Shown: piece after piece, positions 1-11,412 of the stretch
Layout of the letters: each line of letters starts with the position of its first letter
How positions within the stretch are numbered: position 1 is the stretch's first letter
Assembly (NCBI GenBank): GCA_023453795.1
Contig: JAEXSP010000015.1
Span: forward strand, 116,465-180,464
Direction of reading: 5' to 3'
Length of the DNA: 64,000 bases
Source: Bacillota bacterium
GTDB taxonomy: Bacteria > Bacillota > Clostridia > Acetivibrionales > JAEXSP01
Translations under genes and position numbers: made by a program
Notes under the pieces: generated by a model
Told to the model about the DNA's origin: nothing
What the model saw: the letters and a program-made list of their open reading frames with translations, nothing else
Databases searched by the model: none

Positions 1-323
1 GCTATAAAGTATTCATGTAAGCATCTATCTTACTATTTAATCTCATTGCATTTTGAAAAAACATATTGACAAATAGAAGTGAATTTTGGTACAATAAAAT
101 GTTGGGCTAAAAAAAGACATTCTCGTTTCCTTAATAATTCTATTCTACTAGAAAAGTTCAAAGTGTACAAGAAAATACGACGTATTTTAAGTATGTTTTA
201 CTCTTAATGCAGTGTTAATTCCGATGAGTATTTCAACATCTATTGTTAACGATATCCAGATTTTACATTATCAATAGTTTAACATAGTATTATTTTATAT
301 AAAACGTTTTGGAGGATAATTAC

Positions 324-1088
324 ATGGAAAGAATAGATCCGCAATGGTATAAGAAAATCTGGTCACTCGATATTAAGAATCAATCATGGGTTGAGGATAC
401 GGAAAATCAAGTCGATTTTATAATAAAAACCCTTGGACTTACAGGAAAAGATCGAATACTTGATTTGGCATGTGGTTTTGGCAGACATGCTTTAGCTTTT
501 GCACGTAAAGGTTTTTCCGTGGTCGGTGTAGATATTACAAAAGACTTTATTGATGATGCTGTTAAGGAAGCGAAGTCAGCTTCCTTGGAAATTGAATTTA
601 TTCATTCAGACATCCGGGATTTAACATATGTTAATGAATTTGATGTTGTTTTGAATCTGGCTGATGGTGCGATTGGTTATTTGGAAAATGATGAGGAGAA
701 TTTAAAAATCTTTGATGTGATAGCCAATGCACTTAAGCCTGGGGGTAAGCATTTTATGGATATTTGTAACGCTGAACATGCAGAATATTTCTTTCCAAAA
801 CGCTATTGGGAGGTTGGATCAACAACATTATCATTACCAATATTTGATTGGGATAAGGAAAACCGTAGGATGTTGTTTGGGGGTTGGGAAATTAAATTTG
901 GCGAAATAGCACAGAAGCCTGTTTCATTTGAACCAAGTACATCAGCACGTTTATATTCAAGATCTGAACTTGATTCAATTTTACAGCAGCGTCAAATGGA
1001 GATAATCAACACATTCTCTGACTACTATGGTAAGGAAGCATCATATAAGGAACTGCAACTCATGGTATATTCAAAGAAAAATAAATAA
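324..1088 (+). CDS. class I SAM-dependent methyltransferase
   Basis: ORF 309..1088. SAM-binding motif I 'ILDLACGFGRHA' is followed by 'VVGVDI'. GGAGG lies 8 nt upstream of the ATG at 324, so the TTG at 309 is a less likely start. Confidence 0.8.
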   Translation: MERIDPQWYKKIWSLDIKNQSWVEDTENQVDFIIKTLGLTGKDRILDLACGFGRHALAFARKGFSVVGVDITKDFIDDAVKEAKSASLEIEFIHSDIRDLTYVNEFDVVLNLADGAIGYLENDEENLKIFDVIANALKPGGKHFMDICNAEHAEYFFPKRYWEVGSTTLSLPIFDWDKENRRMLFGGWEIKFGEIAQKPVSFEPSTSARLYSRSELDSILQQRQMEIINTFSDYYGKEASYKELQLMVYSKKNK

Positions 1089-1140
1089 AGTAAAATTTGA
1101 TCTGCACCTAAAATGTTGTTTACAGTAACTGGCACACCAG

Positions 1141-1177
1141 AAAACCCAGTATCTCAAAGGTACTGGGGAGGTTTTTT
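1141..1177. terminator. hairpin between convergent genes (cccagta/tactggg) with flanking A- and T-runs
   Basis: Inverted repeat 1145-1151/1161-1167 is followed by gaggtttttt and preceded by aaaa. Confidence 0.5.
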
Positions 1178-1199
1178 GTCTCTTGCCATTGAAACCCGA

Positions 1200-2807
1200 T
1201 TACTCCACCTTTTTACGAAACTCATTAACTGAAAGCCCGGTAAACTTTTTGAAAATAGTGCCAAAATAATTAGGATCATTGATCCCCACCTTTTCAACTA
1301 TCTGATATACCTTCAAATCCGTCTCCTTTAGGAGCTTCGCAGCACATTCCATTCTTTCTCTCGTTATATATTCCACAACGGTCTGGTTTGTTTCCTGCTT
1401 GAACAAGCGGCACAAATAGCTTGGACTGACAAAGAATTGCTTTGCTATTGTAGAAAGTGTAAGATTTGTACTGTGAATGTTGTTTTCAATATACTCCTGA
1501 ATCTGTACGATCAGCAAATTTACTTTCCTTTTGTTGAAGGAGTGTATTTTATCAATGACCACCTCAACGAGGCTTTTCAGGTAGTTCTTCATTTCAAGCA
1601 GGTTGTCCAGTCTCAACACCTCTTCATACGGTTGAGTATTTTTTTCCCACATGCTTAATGTGTCGATTTTATATTCAAGTAGTACACGCATACAGACTGA
1701 TATTATATCGAAGGCCTCCAGCCTTAGGTTTTCAATTGTTACGGACATATCAAAACAGCTTTCTGAAAATAGTTGGTCAATGAGTTCCATCGCTTTAGAC
1801 TTCAAACCGGTTTTTATCAAGAAGTCAAGCTTCTCCCCTTTGTTAGGAATACCTCTCCATGCTTGGTCATTTCTAGATGATATATCATTGTAATTTATAA
1901 CCTGATTTTTCCCGATTACAACTCTATAATTTAATGCATCGCAAGCTTCCCTGTAAGTCACCTTAATATTTGTAAGTCCGTGGATTTGGCTCCCTATTCC
2001 TATGCAAACAAAGCACTTGCAGCTGTTAATGAGCATAACTTTTATAGCTTCACAGCATTCTGCAATATCTAATGACTCATTATTACTCAATATTACAATC
2101 TTTCTGCTGTTATCAAAAAATACCTGGACACACTCATCCTCCCTCAGTACTTTCCTTATCTGGTCGGAACATTTCATAGCAAGAAGTATCTGTTCTTCTT
2201 CCTTTTCATTGGTTCCCCTGATTGAACTGCTTACATCTACAACAGCCGCCTGAAAAACATCCGATTTATGATTCATATCTATTTTAAAGTAATTCAGCTT
2301 ATCTACGATATCATCCTGATCCAATTCGCCCACTATAAGCTCATTGAGGAATTTCTCCAGCAAATACGGCCGAATTTCATCCAACCGCTGTTTCAATTTC
2401 TCGTATTCCCTGATATGCGTTCTCTCCAGCTCGATTTTATTCTTTAAATCAAGTGCAACCCTCCTGATTTCATCGCGGTTGATCGGCTTCAGAATGAAAT
2501 CGGAGATGCCCAGATTGATGCTCCTTTTTACATAGTCAAACTCGTCATGCCCTGTAATGATTACAATCTTTATATGCGGATACTTTTCAATAACTACCTT
2601 GCTAAATTCAATGCCATCCATGAAAGGCATGCAAATATCGGTGAAAATGATATCCGGCACAGTTTTGTCAATCAATTCAAGAGCTTGGCTTGCACTGATT
2701 GCTTCCCCTGCAATCTCCATCCCTATTTCTTCCCAGCATATAATCTTTTTTAAGTGATTCCTTATCAGGTATTCATCATCGACTATAAGCACTTTCAGAT
2801 TAGCCAT
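1200..2807 (-). CDS. AraC-family response regulator (YesN-like: receiver + HTH_AraC)
   Basis: N-terminal receiver 'KVLIVDDEY...DIIFTDICMPFMDG'. C-terminal AraC helix-turn-helix 'LSTIAKQFFVSPSYLCRLFK'. The gene overlaps the end of the upstream kinase gene. The start is ATG 2807 or ATG 2822. Confidence 0.85.
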   Translation of the reverse strand: MANLKVLIVDDEYLIRNHLKKIICWEEIGMEIAGEAISASQALELIDKTVPDIIFTDICMPFMDGIEFSKVVIEKYPHIKIVIITGHDEFDYVKRSINLGISDFILKPINRDEIRRVALDLKNKIELERTHIREYEKLKQRLDEIRPYLLEKFLNELIVGELDQDDIVDKLNYFKIDMNHKSDVFQAAVVDVSSSIRGTNEKEEEQILLAMKCSDQIRKVLREDECVQVFFDNSRKIVILSNNESLDIAECCEAIKVMLINSCKCFVCIGIGSQIHGLTNIKVTYREACDALNYRVVIGKNQVINYNDISSRNDQAWRGIPNKGEKLDFLIKTGLKSKAMELIDQLFSESCFDMSVTIENLRLEAFDIISVCMRVLLEYKIDTLSMWEKNTQPYEEVLRLDNLLEMKNYLKSLVEVVIDKIHSFNKRKVNLLIVQIQEYIENNIHSTNLTLSTIAKQFFVSPSYLCRLFKQETNQTVVEYITRERMECAAKLLKETDLKVYQIVEKVGINDPNYFGTIFKKFTGLSVNEFRKKVE

Positions 2808-4614
2808 TTTTCCCATCCCCATTCACATCTTTTATCGGTATAAGTATTGAAATCTTAGTCCCGCACCCTTTAGCGCTTTCTATACGAAAGCAATCGTCTA
2901 CCCCGTAAAATATCCGTAACCGTTCGATTGTTCCCCTAAGTCCAAACCCGGCACGTCCTTTATCTGTATTTCCATCCATAATCAATCGGACATCCTCTTC
3001 CGTCATACCGATACCGTCATCCTCCACAGTAATCTGAATATAATCCCCCATATATCGGGTTTCTATATTGATTGTCCCGAATTCTCCCTTGGCCCTGATG
3101 CCATGGTATAGTGCGTTTTCGACAAGAGGCTGCAATACGAGCTTGAGGATCATATAACTGCCGGCCTGTTCATCCAATTTGTAATGTACGGAGAAAAGAT
3201 CGGCATACCGCACCTGCTGTATCTTCAAATAGTTCTTTACCATCTCGATTTCTTCATCAATTGTAATGATTTCTTTACCCTTGCTGAGGCTCAACCTGTA
3301 ATAATTCCCCAGAGCACCTACAACATCGCAGGCCGCTTCTTTCTCATCCATTACTATAAGTGAATTAATTGATTCGAGAGTATTATATAGGAAATGGGGC
3401 TTTATCTGAGCCTGAAGTACGTTTAATTCAGCTTTTCTCTTAACCCTCTGCTCCGATATAACACGTTGAATAAGTGCCCGTATCTCACGGATCATCATGT
3501 TGTAACAATCCCTGAGCTGCCCGACCTCATTGCTTCCTGAGCGTATATTAACTTCACAGAATTCTCCATTCTGTACTCTGTTCATAGATTTCAGAAGTTT
3601 TTTTATCGGAATGGTAATCATTCTTGATGTTAGAATAGTTCCTATAAACATAAAGAGGCTGTTGATAATAATAATGGCAAAGCCGATCAGACCCGGTGCA
3701 GCTGTTTCGTCAGACAGTTCCTTGGCCGGTGTGATACTGATGATTTTCCAGTCATATCTCTTATCAATGAGATATGATACCAGACATTTCGTATTCTTAA
3801 GCTTCTTCGTCATGAAACCATGGTCTTTGTGTACAAAGTATCCTACCAAATTCTCGATTTCACTTTTATCGATCTCGTTTAATTTAATTATGCTTTTATT
3901 ACTTTCATCCAGTATTGTAACCCCCGTCATATAATTATTTACAATGCTCGCATACGAATCCTTAAATGCTGCTTCCGTTATATTTATGACCAATACTCCA
4001 AGCGTCTTGGCTGAATTAATGTCCCGTATTAAACGGATCATTGATACAAAATTATCCTTAGGAGTATGTCCGAAAGCATTTCCTCCATTTAGCCTTAATA
4101 TATATGCACCCTTCTTTTCGGCGACTGAATTATACCAATCCGCATACCGTACATCGGGCAGTATAAACTGCAAGTCATCCTGGTTATTAATGGAATACTC
4201 GTTCCCGGAGTTATCAAAAATAAAAACCGAGGAAATAAAAGAAATTTCCTGGGTCAAATTATTCAGGTAAGTACCGAATCTCCCCTGAACATACAAATTG
4301 GAGTACACGTTACCGTTTCTCAAAAGGCTTTGCAAATCATCATTGGACAGGATCATTTTGGAGTAATTGTCTATATTGCCGATCATAAGATCCTGGCTTG
4401 TCTTGATGGAATACAGTGTCTGAACAGACAATCCATTGACCTTTTTTAAAGAGGTTTCCGAGTATATCTTCTGATATAGAATATTGCTAAGTAATATTGA
4501 TACAATCAAAATAACACAATAAAACAGTGTAAACCGTACACTGATCTTCATGTTGGAGGATTTCTCCTTAATAACATTTATTAATGCAGAGATTTTTTTA
4601 TATATTCTTTTCAT
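2800..4614 (-). CDS. sensor histidine kinase (YesM-like, two TM segments + HAMP + His_kinase + HATPase_c)
   Basis: N-terminal TM segment, a roughly 270-aa extracytoplasmic region, then a second TM segment. H-box 'QIKPHFLYNTLESI' and ATPase motifs 'EDDGIGM' and 'GFGLRG' are present. Confidence 0.85.
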   Translation of the reverse strand: MKRIYKKISALINVIKEKSSNMKISVRFTLFYCVILIVSILLSNILYQKIYSETSLKKVNGLSVQTLYSIKTSQDLMIGNIDNYSKMILSNDDLQSLLRNGNVYSNLYVQGRFGTYLNNLTQEISFISSVFIFDNSGNEYSINNQDDLQFILPDVRYADWYNSVAEKKGAYILRLNGGNAFGHTPKDNFVSMIRLIRDINSAKTLGVLVINITEAAFKDSYASIVNNYMTGVTILDESNKSIIKLNEIDKSEIENLVGYFVHKDHGFMTKKLKNTKCLVSYLIDKRYDWKIISITPAKELSDETAAPGLIGFAIIIINSLFMFIGTILTSRMITIPIKKLLKSMNRVQNGEFCEVNIRSGSNEVGQLRDCYNMMIREIRALIQRVISEQRVKRKAELNVLQAQIKPHFLYNTLESINSLIVMDEKEAACDVVGALGNYYRLSLSKGKEIITIDEEIEMVKNYLKIQQVRYADLFSVHYKLDEQAGSYMILKLVLQPLVENALYHGIRAKGEFGTINIETRYMGDYIQITVEDDGIGMTEEDVRLIMDGNTDKGRAGFGLRGTIERLRIFYGVDDCFRIESAKGCGTKISILIPIKDVNGDGKNG

Positions 4615-4759
4615 GCATGATAACCTTATAAATATACATAGTACCTTTCAAAAAGTTCTTATACAATAAATTATACAGCGAAAAAACATAAAATGGAATT
4701 GTTATAAAGAACAGTTTTTAAATGTATACAAACAAAAAAGCTATCTTTCTACAAGGTCA

Positions 4760-6217
4760 TCAAAACAATTTAATATTTTCTCCTATAACAGCACATGAAC
4801 GTCCATTCTTTTTTGCCTGATAAAGCATTTTATCAGCGCCATCTATTAACTTCTTTATTACATCATCTATATACGACTGCGGAATAGGATGCGGAATATC
4901 AAAATCCTGTATTTTCAGCCCACAGATACCCATACTGCATTGAATTGGAATACTACCGGAATCTCCTTCTATATACTTCCCCTGTAAGTTCTCATAGATT
5001 ATGCTTGTGACTATACTCACAGTTTGCAAAGGAGTGTTTGGTAGAAGGATTGTAAATTCATCTCCGCCATAGCGACCTATAATGTCACTGGGGCGAACCG
5101 ATTTTTTTAATATTGAACCCATTATTGACAGTGCACGGTCACCTCCAAGATGGCCCGCAGTATCATTGATTTGCTTCAAATAATCAATATCCAGCAAAAT
5201 CAGGGTTAAGGAATTTTTCTGATGAAAAGCTGTACGAATCTCACGCATCAGTTGTTGGTTAAAGAAAGCCCTAACATAAACACCTGTTAATTTATCCACT
5301 GTAGCCGTTGAGTAAAGATATGCATTTTGTAAGGCTGCAGCAGCCTGGTTGGCAAAAATATTTATAAGTTCAACGTCCTCCTGTTTTATATTATTCTGCT
5401 CAAGATAAATAATTCCCAACGCTGTTTCACCTACCACCAGAGGTATTACTGAATATTCATCAGAGTAATAGACTTCATTTTTTATGAGCACATCTTTTAT
5501 TTTCCTGACTTTTATAATTTCAAGACAGCTTTCAATGCTGCTATAATCGTTGAATTTACCTGTAGTTGCACGGATTTTCAGATTTGTACCCCCTTCCAGC
5601 ATCGCAATAAAAACATCAGACGTAGAAGTTTTTTCAATGGTGTCAACTTCTTCCGGAAATACTGCCAAAAAAGAGTTTACTATTCCCAATAATCCGGTTA
5701 TCTGCAATAGAATTCCCTGGAGCAGGTTTTCTACCATTTGTATCTTATGTAACTCGGGTGTTATTTCAAGAATATATTGAAGCCCCTGTCTGCTTTTATT
5801 GAGCATTTGTAATGTGTATGCCGATTTCAAACCTACATCTACCCAAAGCAGGAGTTTATCCGGACCATCTGATTTATCATGATAACCTTGTATATCAAGA
5901 GTCCTCATCATTTCCCGCGGAGGATGCTCGCCGGAATAGCCTGTCTGAAGTATAACCTGTATATATTTATTGAATTTACGGATTTCTTTTACAACTTCCT
6001 CTCCGGTTATTCCTCCCGGCATGAAGTAATCCAGAAGCACCAGGTCAAAATGTTGCATTTTCACCAGCTCAATAGCTTCCGTACCATTACTGGCAGTTAT
6101 AACTTCATAGCCTTCCCTTTCCAATAACCTTTGAGTTCCTATTCTATAATCTTCCTGATCATCAACAAGTAGAATACGCTTTCCATTCGAAGGTTTTTTA
6201 AAATTTATTCTGGCCAT
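4760..6217 (-). CDS. response regulator-diguanylate cyclase (REC + GAF-like + GGDEF)
   Basis: Receiver 'RILLVDDQED...LVLLDYFMPG'. Active-site 'RYGGDEF' is preceded by the I-site-like 'RPSD' five residues upstream. Confidence 0.85.
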   Translation of the reverse strand: MARINFKKPSNGKRILLVDDQEDYRIGTQRLLEREGYEVITASNGTEAIELVKMQHFDLVLLDYFMPGGITGEEVVKEIRKFNKYIQVILQTGYSGEHPPREMMRTLDIQGYHDKSDGPDKLLLWVDVGLKSAYTLQMLNKSRQGLQYILEITPELHKIQMVENLLQGILLQITGLLGIVNSFLAVFPEEVDTIEKTSTSDVFIAMLEGGTNLKIRATTGKFNDYSSIESCLEIIKVRKIKDVLIKNEVYYSDEYSVIPLVVGETALGIIYLEQNNIKQEDVELINIFANQAAAALQNAYLYSTATVDKLTGVYVRAFFNQQLMREIRTAFHQKNSLTLILLDIDYLKQINDTAGHLGGDRALSIMGSILKKSVRPSDIIGRYGGDEFTILLPNTPLQTVSIVTSIIYENLQGKYIEGDSGSIPIQCSMGICGLKIQDFDIPHPIPQSYIDDVIKKLIDGADKMLYQAKKNGRSCAVIGENIKLF

Positions 6218-6229
6218 ACTTTATTCCCC

Positions 6230-8767
6230 CTATTTTATCGGCAAGTATATTTCAAATGATGTCAAGCCTTTTTTACTTTCTACACTTATACTTCCTTTGA
6301 ATTCATTTACTATATCATGGACTATGCTTAGACCTAATCCCGTCCCTTCACCAAAGGGTTTTGTCGAAAACATGGGATCAAATATCCGTGGTAGAATTTC
6401 TTCAGGAATTCCGCATCCCGTATCCCTGACTGTAAGCCTGGCAAAACCATCTTTATTATTTTCGAGTATTATTGATATGTTTCCTCCATTAGGTTTACAT
6501 GCATCAATAGCGTTTATTACAAGATTGGTAATCACCTGTACAAGCCTTTTGGGATCACCATAAAGCTTAACTGAATTGTCATAATTTGTAGCAAGCTTAC
6601 AATTACCTTTTTTCAATGCAAAGTCCAAGACTGATAAAGCATCTGAGATAACACCGGCAACATTGAATACTTGTGAATTTGAAGTATTCATATTCGTTGT
6701 CTGAGCTTTAATTCCTTTGATGAAACCAGCACTTTTTTCAGCGGAGTGTTCGGCAAGATTCAAAAACTTCTGCATATCCTGAGCGATTGATCTGTGATCA
6801 TCGGGCAGAACCTGCGGACTTTCTATTGATATATTATACTCATCGACAAGTTCCTCAAGCTCTTTTAAGGATGTGCGTAACGCAGCCAAAGGTGTGTTCA
6901 TTTCATGAGCGATTCCGGCTGTAAGACGGCCAAGAGACGCCATTTTTTCTGAACCAAGCAGCTTTTGCTGATTTTCTTTCAGTGTACTATATGCCGATTC
7001 CAGTTCATTATTGGTTTCCTTGAGTTCCAGTGCTTTATTCTCCATATCCTCTATCATCATAACTCCATTTATTGCCGTGCTCATAAATTCACTTAATTGT
7101 TCATATTCAGATGAATCCTTAAGTGTATCTTCGAATAAAACAAAACCTATTTGTCTCTTTTGAAAATATAAAGGCTTTAAAATCAGTTCCAAGCGTTTAT
7201 CATACGAAAGCATTCCGTCAGGAATAAGCTGTACTGAAGGGAATACTGAAATACTCCCGTCTATATCCATACATGTTTCTTCATTATATGCAAGTATGAG
7301 TCGTGCTTTCTCAGTTGAAATACCTTTGCTTTCATATAATGAAATAAAGCAGGATGAAATGCCGATCATCTTAAAGCCGGTCTTGATTCTTTCAATAAGA
7401 TCATTCATATCAACAGCATTACTGATTATATGCTTAAATGAAATAATATAAAAATACCTCCGATCCCCTTGCATCCTTTTGTTTATTTCCGAACATATTT
7501 GCATGTCTGCAATAAGATTCGTTGCCTGTCTTAAAATACTCTGCGCTTTTAAATAGCTGGCCCTGTTATTCTCATAAAAGGAATCCGTTAAAAAATATAA
7601 CATCAATATAGTGTCAGAAAATACTTCCATATAATAATTTTGATCGTATTTTTGATTAAGAATCTTTTCAAGCTGATTCACAAAAACCTGGCCCTTATCT
7701 CTTTCCACTTCATCAAAAAATTCAGGCAGTAAGCCGGCAGCCCATGATATGTCTATATCCTCCGGTATATCAATTATACTCCTTACAAAACTCTCCATTT
7801 CAACAGAGCTTTTATTATTTATAACTTCAGGGATATTTTGTGCACGGACTTTTTCTCTGAATAAATCCCTTTTCATTACCGAACCTGTATTACAACCGCA
7901 GGACCGTCGAATAATCAAGCTGCACGGGAGCACCTCCAATTCAGGAACCTGTATACCTTTTATTTTCTCAAGAATAACCTCCATGCCTCGGCTGCCCATC
8001 TCAAAAAATGGGGGATGTACTGTTGTTAAAAACGGTTTATCCGCTTCTCTTTCAACCTCATCGTCAAAGCCTACAACAGGAATAAAGGGGAGATTCTTCC
8101 TTTCCATCAGTGTAATTACAAACCTTGCATTCAAGTCATTATAAGCTACAATGGCATCAATACCGGTCATCCATAAATTTTCCAGTTTCCTTACGCCATG
8201 ATCATTTTTATATAATAAATCATCCAGAATGATCTCTTCATCAATGGGGATTCCATATTCTTCAAGCGTATGGAGATATGCTTTATATCTTTGTTCTATA
8301 CCAGCATGTGATCCTACTCCGCGTATAAAAGCAATCCGTCTGTACTTATGAACCTCTATAAGATGAATCATAACATCCCGCATTGCATTAAAATCATCCC
8401 ATACTATACTGGTTATACCTTCAATTTCAGCCTCAAGGCTTATTACCGGAAGAAAATCATACTTGTATACAAAGCTGATTGTATCCTCATGGCTGGAAAG
8501 CCAGTTTATATTTCCTGTCCAAATAATAAGTCCATCCAATTTATCAGTGTCAATAAAATCATAAATAGTGGTAGACTCCAATTCATCGCTTAAATTAATC
8601 AAACCTCCGGAATAAATGATCAAGTTAACATCATTTTTTTGCGCAGCACGCTTAAGGCCTTCATCTTGAAGCATCTCCCTGTAACTGACCCTATTATTTT
8701 TTATTACCCCAATTGTTGGTCGCAAGTTTTTCTTGTCCAACACTGTAGTTTCGGAATTATTATTCAT
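6230..8767 (-). CDS. cytoplasmic histidine kinase with N-terminal LacI/periplasmic-binding-protein type I sugar-binding domain
   Basis: No hydrophobic TM segment. PBP1-like N-terminus 'IGVIKNN...GLIIWTG...RIAFIRG...VGFDD'. H-box '[13 protein letters not shown]'. ATPase motifs 'RDTGCGIP' and 'GTGLGLSIV'. Confidence 0.8.
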   Translation of the reverse strand: MNNNSETTVLDKKNLRPTIGVIKNNRVSYREMLQDEGLKRAAQKNDVNLIIYSGGLINLSDELESTTIYDFIDTDKLDGLIIWTGNINWLSSHEDTISFVYKYDFLPVISLEAEIEGITSIVWDDFNAMRDVMIHLIEVHKYRRIAFIRGVGSHAGIEQRYKAYLHTLEEYGIPIDEEIILDDLLYKNDHGVRKLENLWMTGIDAIVAYNDLNARFVITLMERKNLPFIPVVGFDDEVEREADKPFLTTVHPPFFEMGSRGMEVILEKIKGIQVPELEVLPCSLIIRRSCGCNTGSVMKRDLFREKVRAQNIPEVINNKSSVEMESFVRSIIDIPEDIDISWAAGLLPEFFDEVERDKGQVFVNQLEKILNQKYDQNYYMEVFSDTILMLYFLTDSFYENNRASYLKAQSILRQATNLIADMQICSEINKRMQGDRRYFYIISFKHIISNAVDMNDLIERIKTGFKMIGISSCFISLYESKGISTEKARLILAYNEETCMDIDGSISVFPSVQLIPDGMLSYDKRLELILKPLYFQKRQIGFVLFEDTLKDSSEYEQLSEFMSTAINGVMMIEDMENKALELKETNNELESAYSTLKENQQKLLGSEKMASLGRLTAGIAHEMNTPLAALRTSLKELEELVDEYNISIESPQVLPDDHRSIAQDMQKFLNLAEHSAEKSAGFIKGIKAQTTNMNTSNSQVFNVAGVISDALSVLDFALKKGNCKLATNYDNSVKLYGDPKRLVQVITNLVINAIDACKPNGGNISIILENNKDGFARLTVRDTGCGIPEEILPRIFDPMFSTKPFGEGTGLGLSIVHDIVNEFKGSISVESKKGLTSFEIYLPIK

Positions 8768-8789
8768 ATAGTATACCTACCTTAAAGGG

Positions 8790-11411
8790 CTATATAAAAT
8801 CCTGTTTTATCGGTAATAATATAAAAAACGATGTCAAACCTTTTTGGCTTTCTACACTTATACTTCCATTAAACTCAGCTACAAGGTCATGAACTATGCT
8901 CAGGCCCAATCCGGTTCCTTCTCCAAAGGGTTTGGTAGTAAACATGGGATCAAAAATCTGCCATTTAATTTCTTCAGGTATTCCGCATCCGGTATCCTGA
9001 AATGTAAGCCTGGCAAAGCCGTCTCCATTGTTTTCAAGTATTACTGATATATTTCCTCCATCAGGTTTACAGGCATCGATAGAATTTATAACAAGATTCG
9101 TAGCTACCTGTACAAGCTTATTGGGATCACCATAAAGCTTGATTGAATTGTCAAGGTCTGTAATAAGCCTGCATTTCCCTTTTTTTAATGCAAAGTTCAA
9201 TATTGATAATGCATCTTTTATTACATTGGCAGCGTTGAAAACCTGTAAATTCAGAGTATTCATATTTGTGGTCTGAGCTTTTATACCTTTTATAAAACCA
9301 GAACTCTTTTCAGAAGCCTGGGCTGCCGATTTTATGCACTTCATCATATCTGCAGCTATTAATCTGTGATCTTCAGGCAGAACAACTGTATTTCCAATTG
9401 ATTCTTTATACTCTTGTATCAGTTCACCAAGTTCCTTTAGCGAAGTGCGCACTAAAGCCAGAGGAGTGTTCATTTCATGTGCAATACCTGCCGTAAGCCG
9501 GCCTAAAGATGCCATTTTTTCTGAGATAAGCAGCTTTTGCTGATTTTCTTTCAATAAACTGTATGCCGATTCAAGCTCACTATTGATTTTTATTAATTCC
9601 TGGGCCTTAATCTTCAACTCTTCCACCAAAATAGCACTGTGTAGTGCATTACTTATTGCATCATTAATTCTTTCATATTCTGTTGAATCTTCAAGAGTAT
9701 ATGAATACATTACAAACCCAATATTTCTTTTTTTAAAATACAGAGGCTTTAAAATATAATGAAACTGTTTTTTTAATTGCAGTACCCCTTCCGGTACGAG
9801 TTGTTTCGACGGATAAACACCCTTTGGAATACTTATATTTCCATTTTCATTATAAGCCAGTAAAAGACGTGATTTTTCAGTTGAAACGCCACCGTTTTCA
9901 TATACTGACACAAAACAGGATGAAATCCCCAGATACTTCAAGCCATTTGCTATATTCTCCATAACATTATTGATATCATATGTATTGCTGATTACCTGTG
10001 AAAATGTAACAATATCAAAATGCGTATGAGTTTGTTTTAATCTCTTATTTATTTCTGTATGTACCCTCATATCTGCAATAAGGACCGTTCCTTGCTGTAA
10101 AAGCATTTTAGCTTTATAATAATCCAAACAGTTATTTTTAATTAAGGAGTCTATGAGGAGGTGCATAACTATGATAATATCCTGAAAAACCTCTGCGTAT
10201 TTTTTCCCGGGTGTATAAGCAAAAAGGTTTTTCAGGTAATCTGCAAAAGCCCCGTTATCTTCCTGAATATCCTCAAAAAATGCTTTCAGTAATTTTTCAC
10301 ACCATTCGGCATCCATACTATCCGGAATATCAACAACGCTTTTAATAAATCTTTCGAAGGTTTCAGCATTGATATTACCCGAGTCCGGCGGCATTATACA
10401 CTGCTTCAACCGCCCTTTATATAAATCCTCTTTAATTGCTGAACTGTAAGCGCAGCCACAGCTCTGACGAACTATTAAACTGCAAGGAATTGATTCTGTT
10501 TCAGGAGTTTCAAGTCCGTTTATTTTGGCAATTATTACTTCTATTGCACGCTTGCCTACTTCATAGTGTGGTGGACGCACTGTTGTCAATCCCGGATTTC
10601 CGGCCCGGCTCTCCAGGTCATCATCAAAACCGATTATGGGTATCGCGGGCAGGTTTACAGCTTTTAAAACTCTACTTACTGTCCTGGCATTCAAGTCATT
10701 ACAGCATGCAAGAGCCTCAATACCTTCTCCCCACAAAGCCTCTATTATCCTGCTGCTTTTATCAAGATTGTCTATTACTCCCTGTTCAACGAAAATACTT
10801 CGATCCATATATGCAGCATATTGAAGTGCATTCTCATAATTATATAACATATCATGGTCTATAATAAGTTTAGGGTCTATGGGAATTCCATATTCCGTTA
10901 GTGTTTCGATATAGGCATCATATCTTCGGTATAAACTCATAGGTGAAGTTCCCATAACGAACCCGATTCGTTTGTATTTATGTACCTCTATGAGGTGAAT
11001 CAATGCATCCCTCATACCTTTGTAATCATCCCATATAATGCTTGTAATACCGTCCATTTTAATTTCAAGACTTACTACCGGAAGGTAATTATACTTTTTA
11101 ACAAACATCTCTGTATACTCAGTACTGGCATGCCAATTTATATTTCCTGTCCAGATAATAAGTCCATCCAGCCTGTTTTTATCCACAAAATCAAAAATTG
11201 AAATGGCATTTTTATGAAAATCATTTGGAGAAACTATCATACCTCCACAATAAACTATCAAATTTACATCATTATCAACAGCCGCCTGTTTGAGGCCTTC
11301 ACCCACAAGGATGTCCCGCTGCTCAACCATGTTGCTTTTTATTACTCCAACAGTAAGCCGTCTTTGGAATTTCTTATTATAATCTGTTGTTGGTTCAGAA
11401 TTACAAATCAT
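8790..11411 (-). CDS. paralogous cytoplasmic PBP1-domain histidine kinase
   Basis: Collinear with 6230..8767 over its whole length, with the same H-box and ATPase motifs. The start is set at ATG 11411 ('MICNSEPTT...'), which aligns with the paralog N-terminus and sits 1 nt after the TAG of the upstream ORF. The track ORF extends to 11477. Confidence 0.8.
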   Translation of the reverse strand: MICNSEPTTDYNKKFQRRLTVGVIKSNMVEQRDILVGEGLKQAAVDNDVNLIVYCGGMIVSPNDFHKNAISIFDFVDKNRLDGLIIWTGNINWHASTEYTEMFVKKYNYLPVVSLEIKMDGITSIIWDDYKGMRDALIHLIEVHKYKRIGFVMGTSPMSLYRRYDAYIETLTEYGIPIDPKLIIDHDMLYNYENALQYAAYMDRSIFVEQGVIDNLDKSSRIIEALWGEGIEALACCNDLNARTVSRVLKAVNLPAIPIIGFDDDLESRAGNPGLTTVRPPHYEVGKRAIEVIIAKINGLETPETESIPCSLIVRQSCGCAYSSAIKEDLYKGRLKQCIMPPDSGNINAETFERFIKSVVDIPDSMDAEWCEKLLKAFFEDIQEDNGAFADYLKNLFAYTPGKKYAEVFQDIIIVMHLLIDSLIKNNCLDYYKAKMLLQQGTVLIADMRVHTEINKRLKQTHTHFDIVTFSQVISNTYDINNVMENIANGLKYLGISSCFVSVYENGGVSTEKSRLLLAYNENGNISIPKGVYPSKQLVPEGVLQLKKQFHYILKPLYFKKRNIGFVMYSYTLEDSTEYERINDAISNALHSAILVEELKIKAQELIKINSELESAYSLLKENQQKLLISEKMASLGRLTAGIAHEMNTPLALVRTSLKELGELIQEYKESIGNTVVLPEDHRLIAADMMKCIKSAAQASEKSSGFIKGIKAQTTNMNTLNLQVFNAANVIKDALSILNFALKKGKCRLITDLDNSIKLYGDPNKLVQVATNLVINSIDACKPDGGNISVILENNGDGFARLTFQDTGCGIPEEIKWQIFDPMFTTKPFGEGTGLGLSIVHDLVAEFNGSISVESQKGLTSFFILLPIKQDFI

Positions 11412-11412
11412 A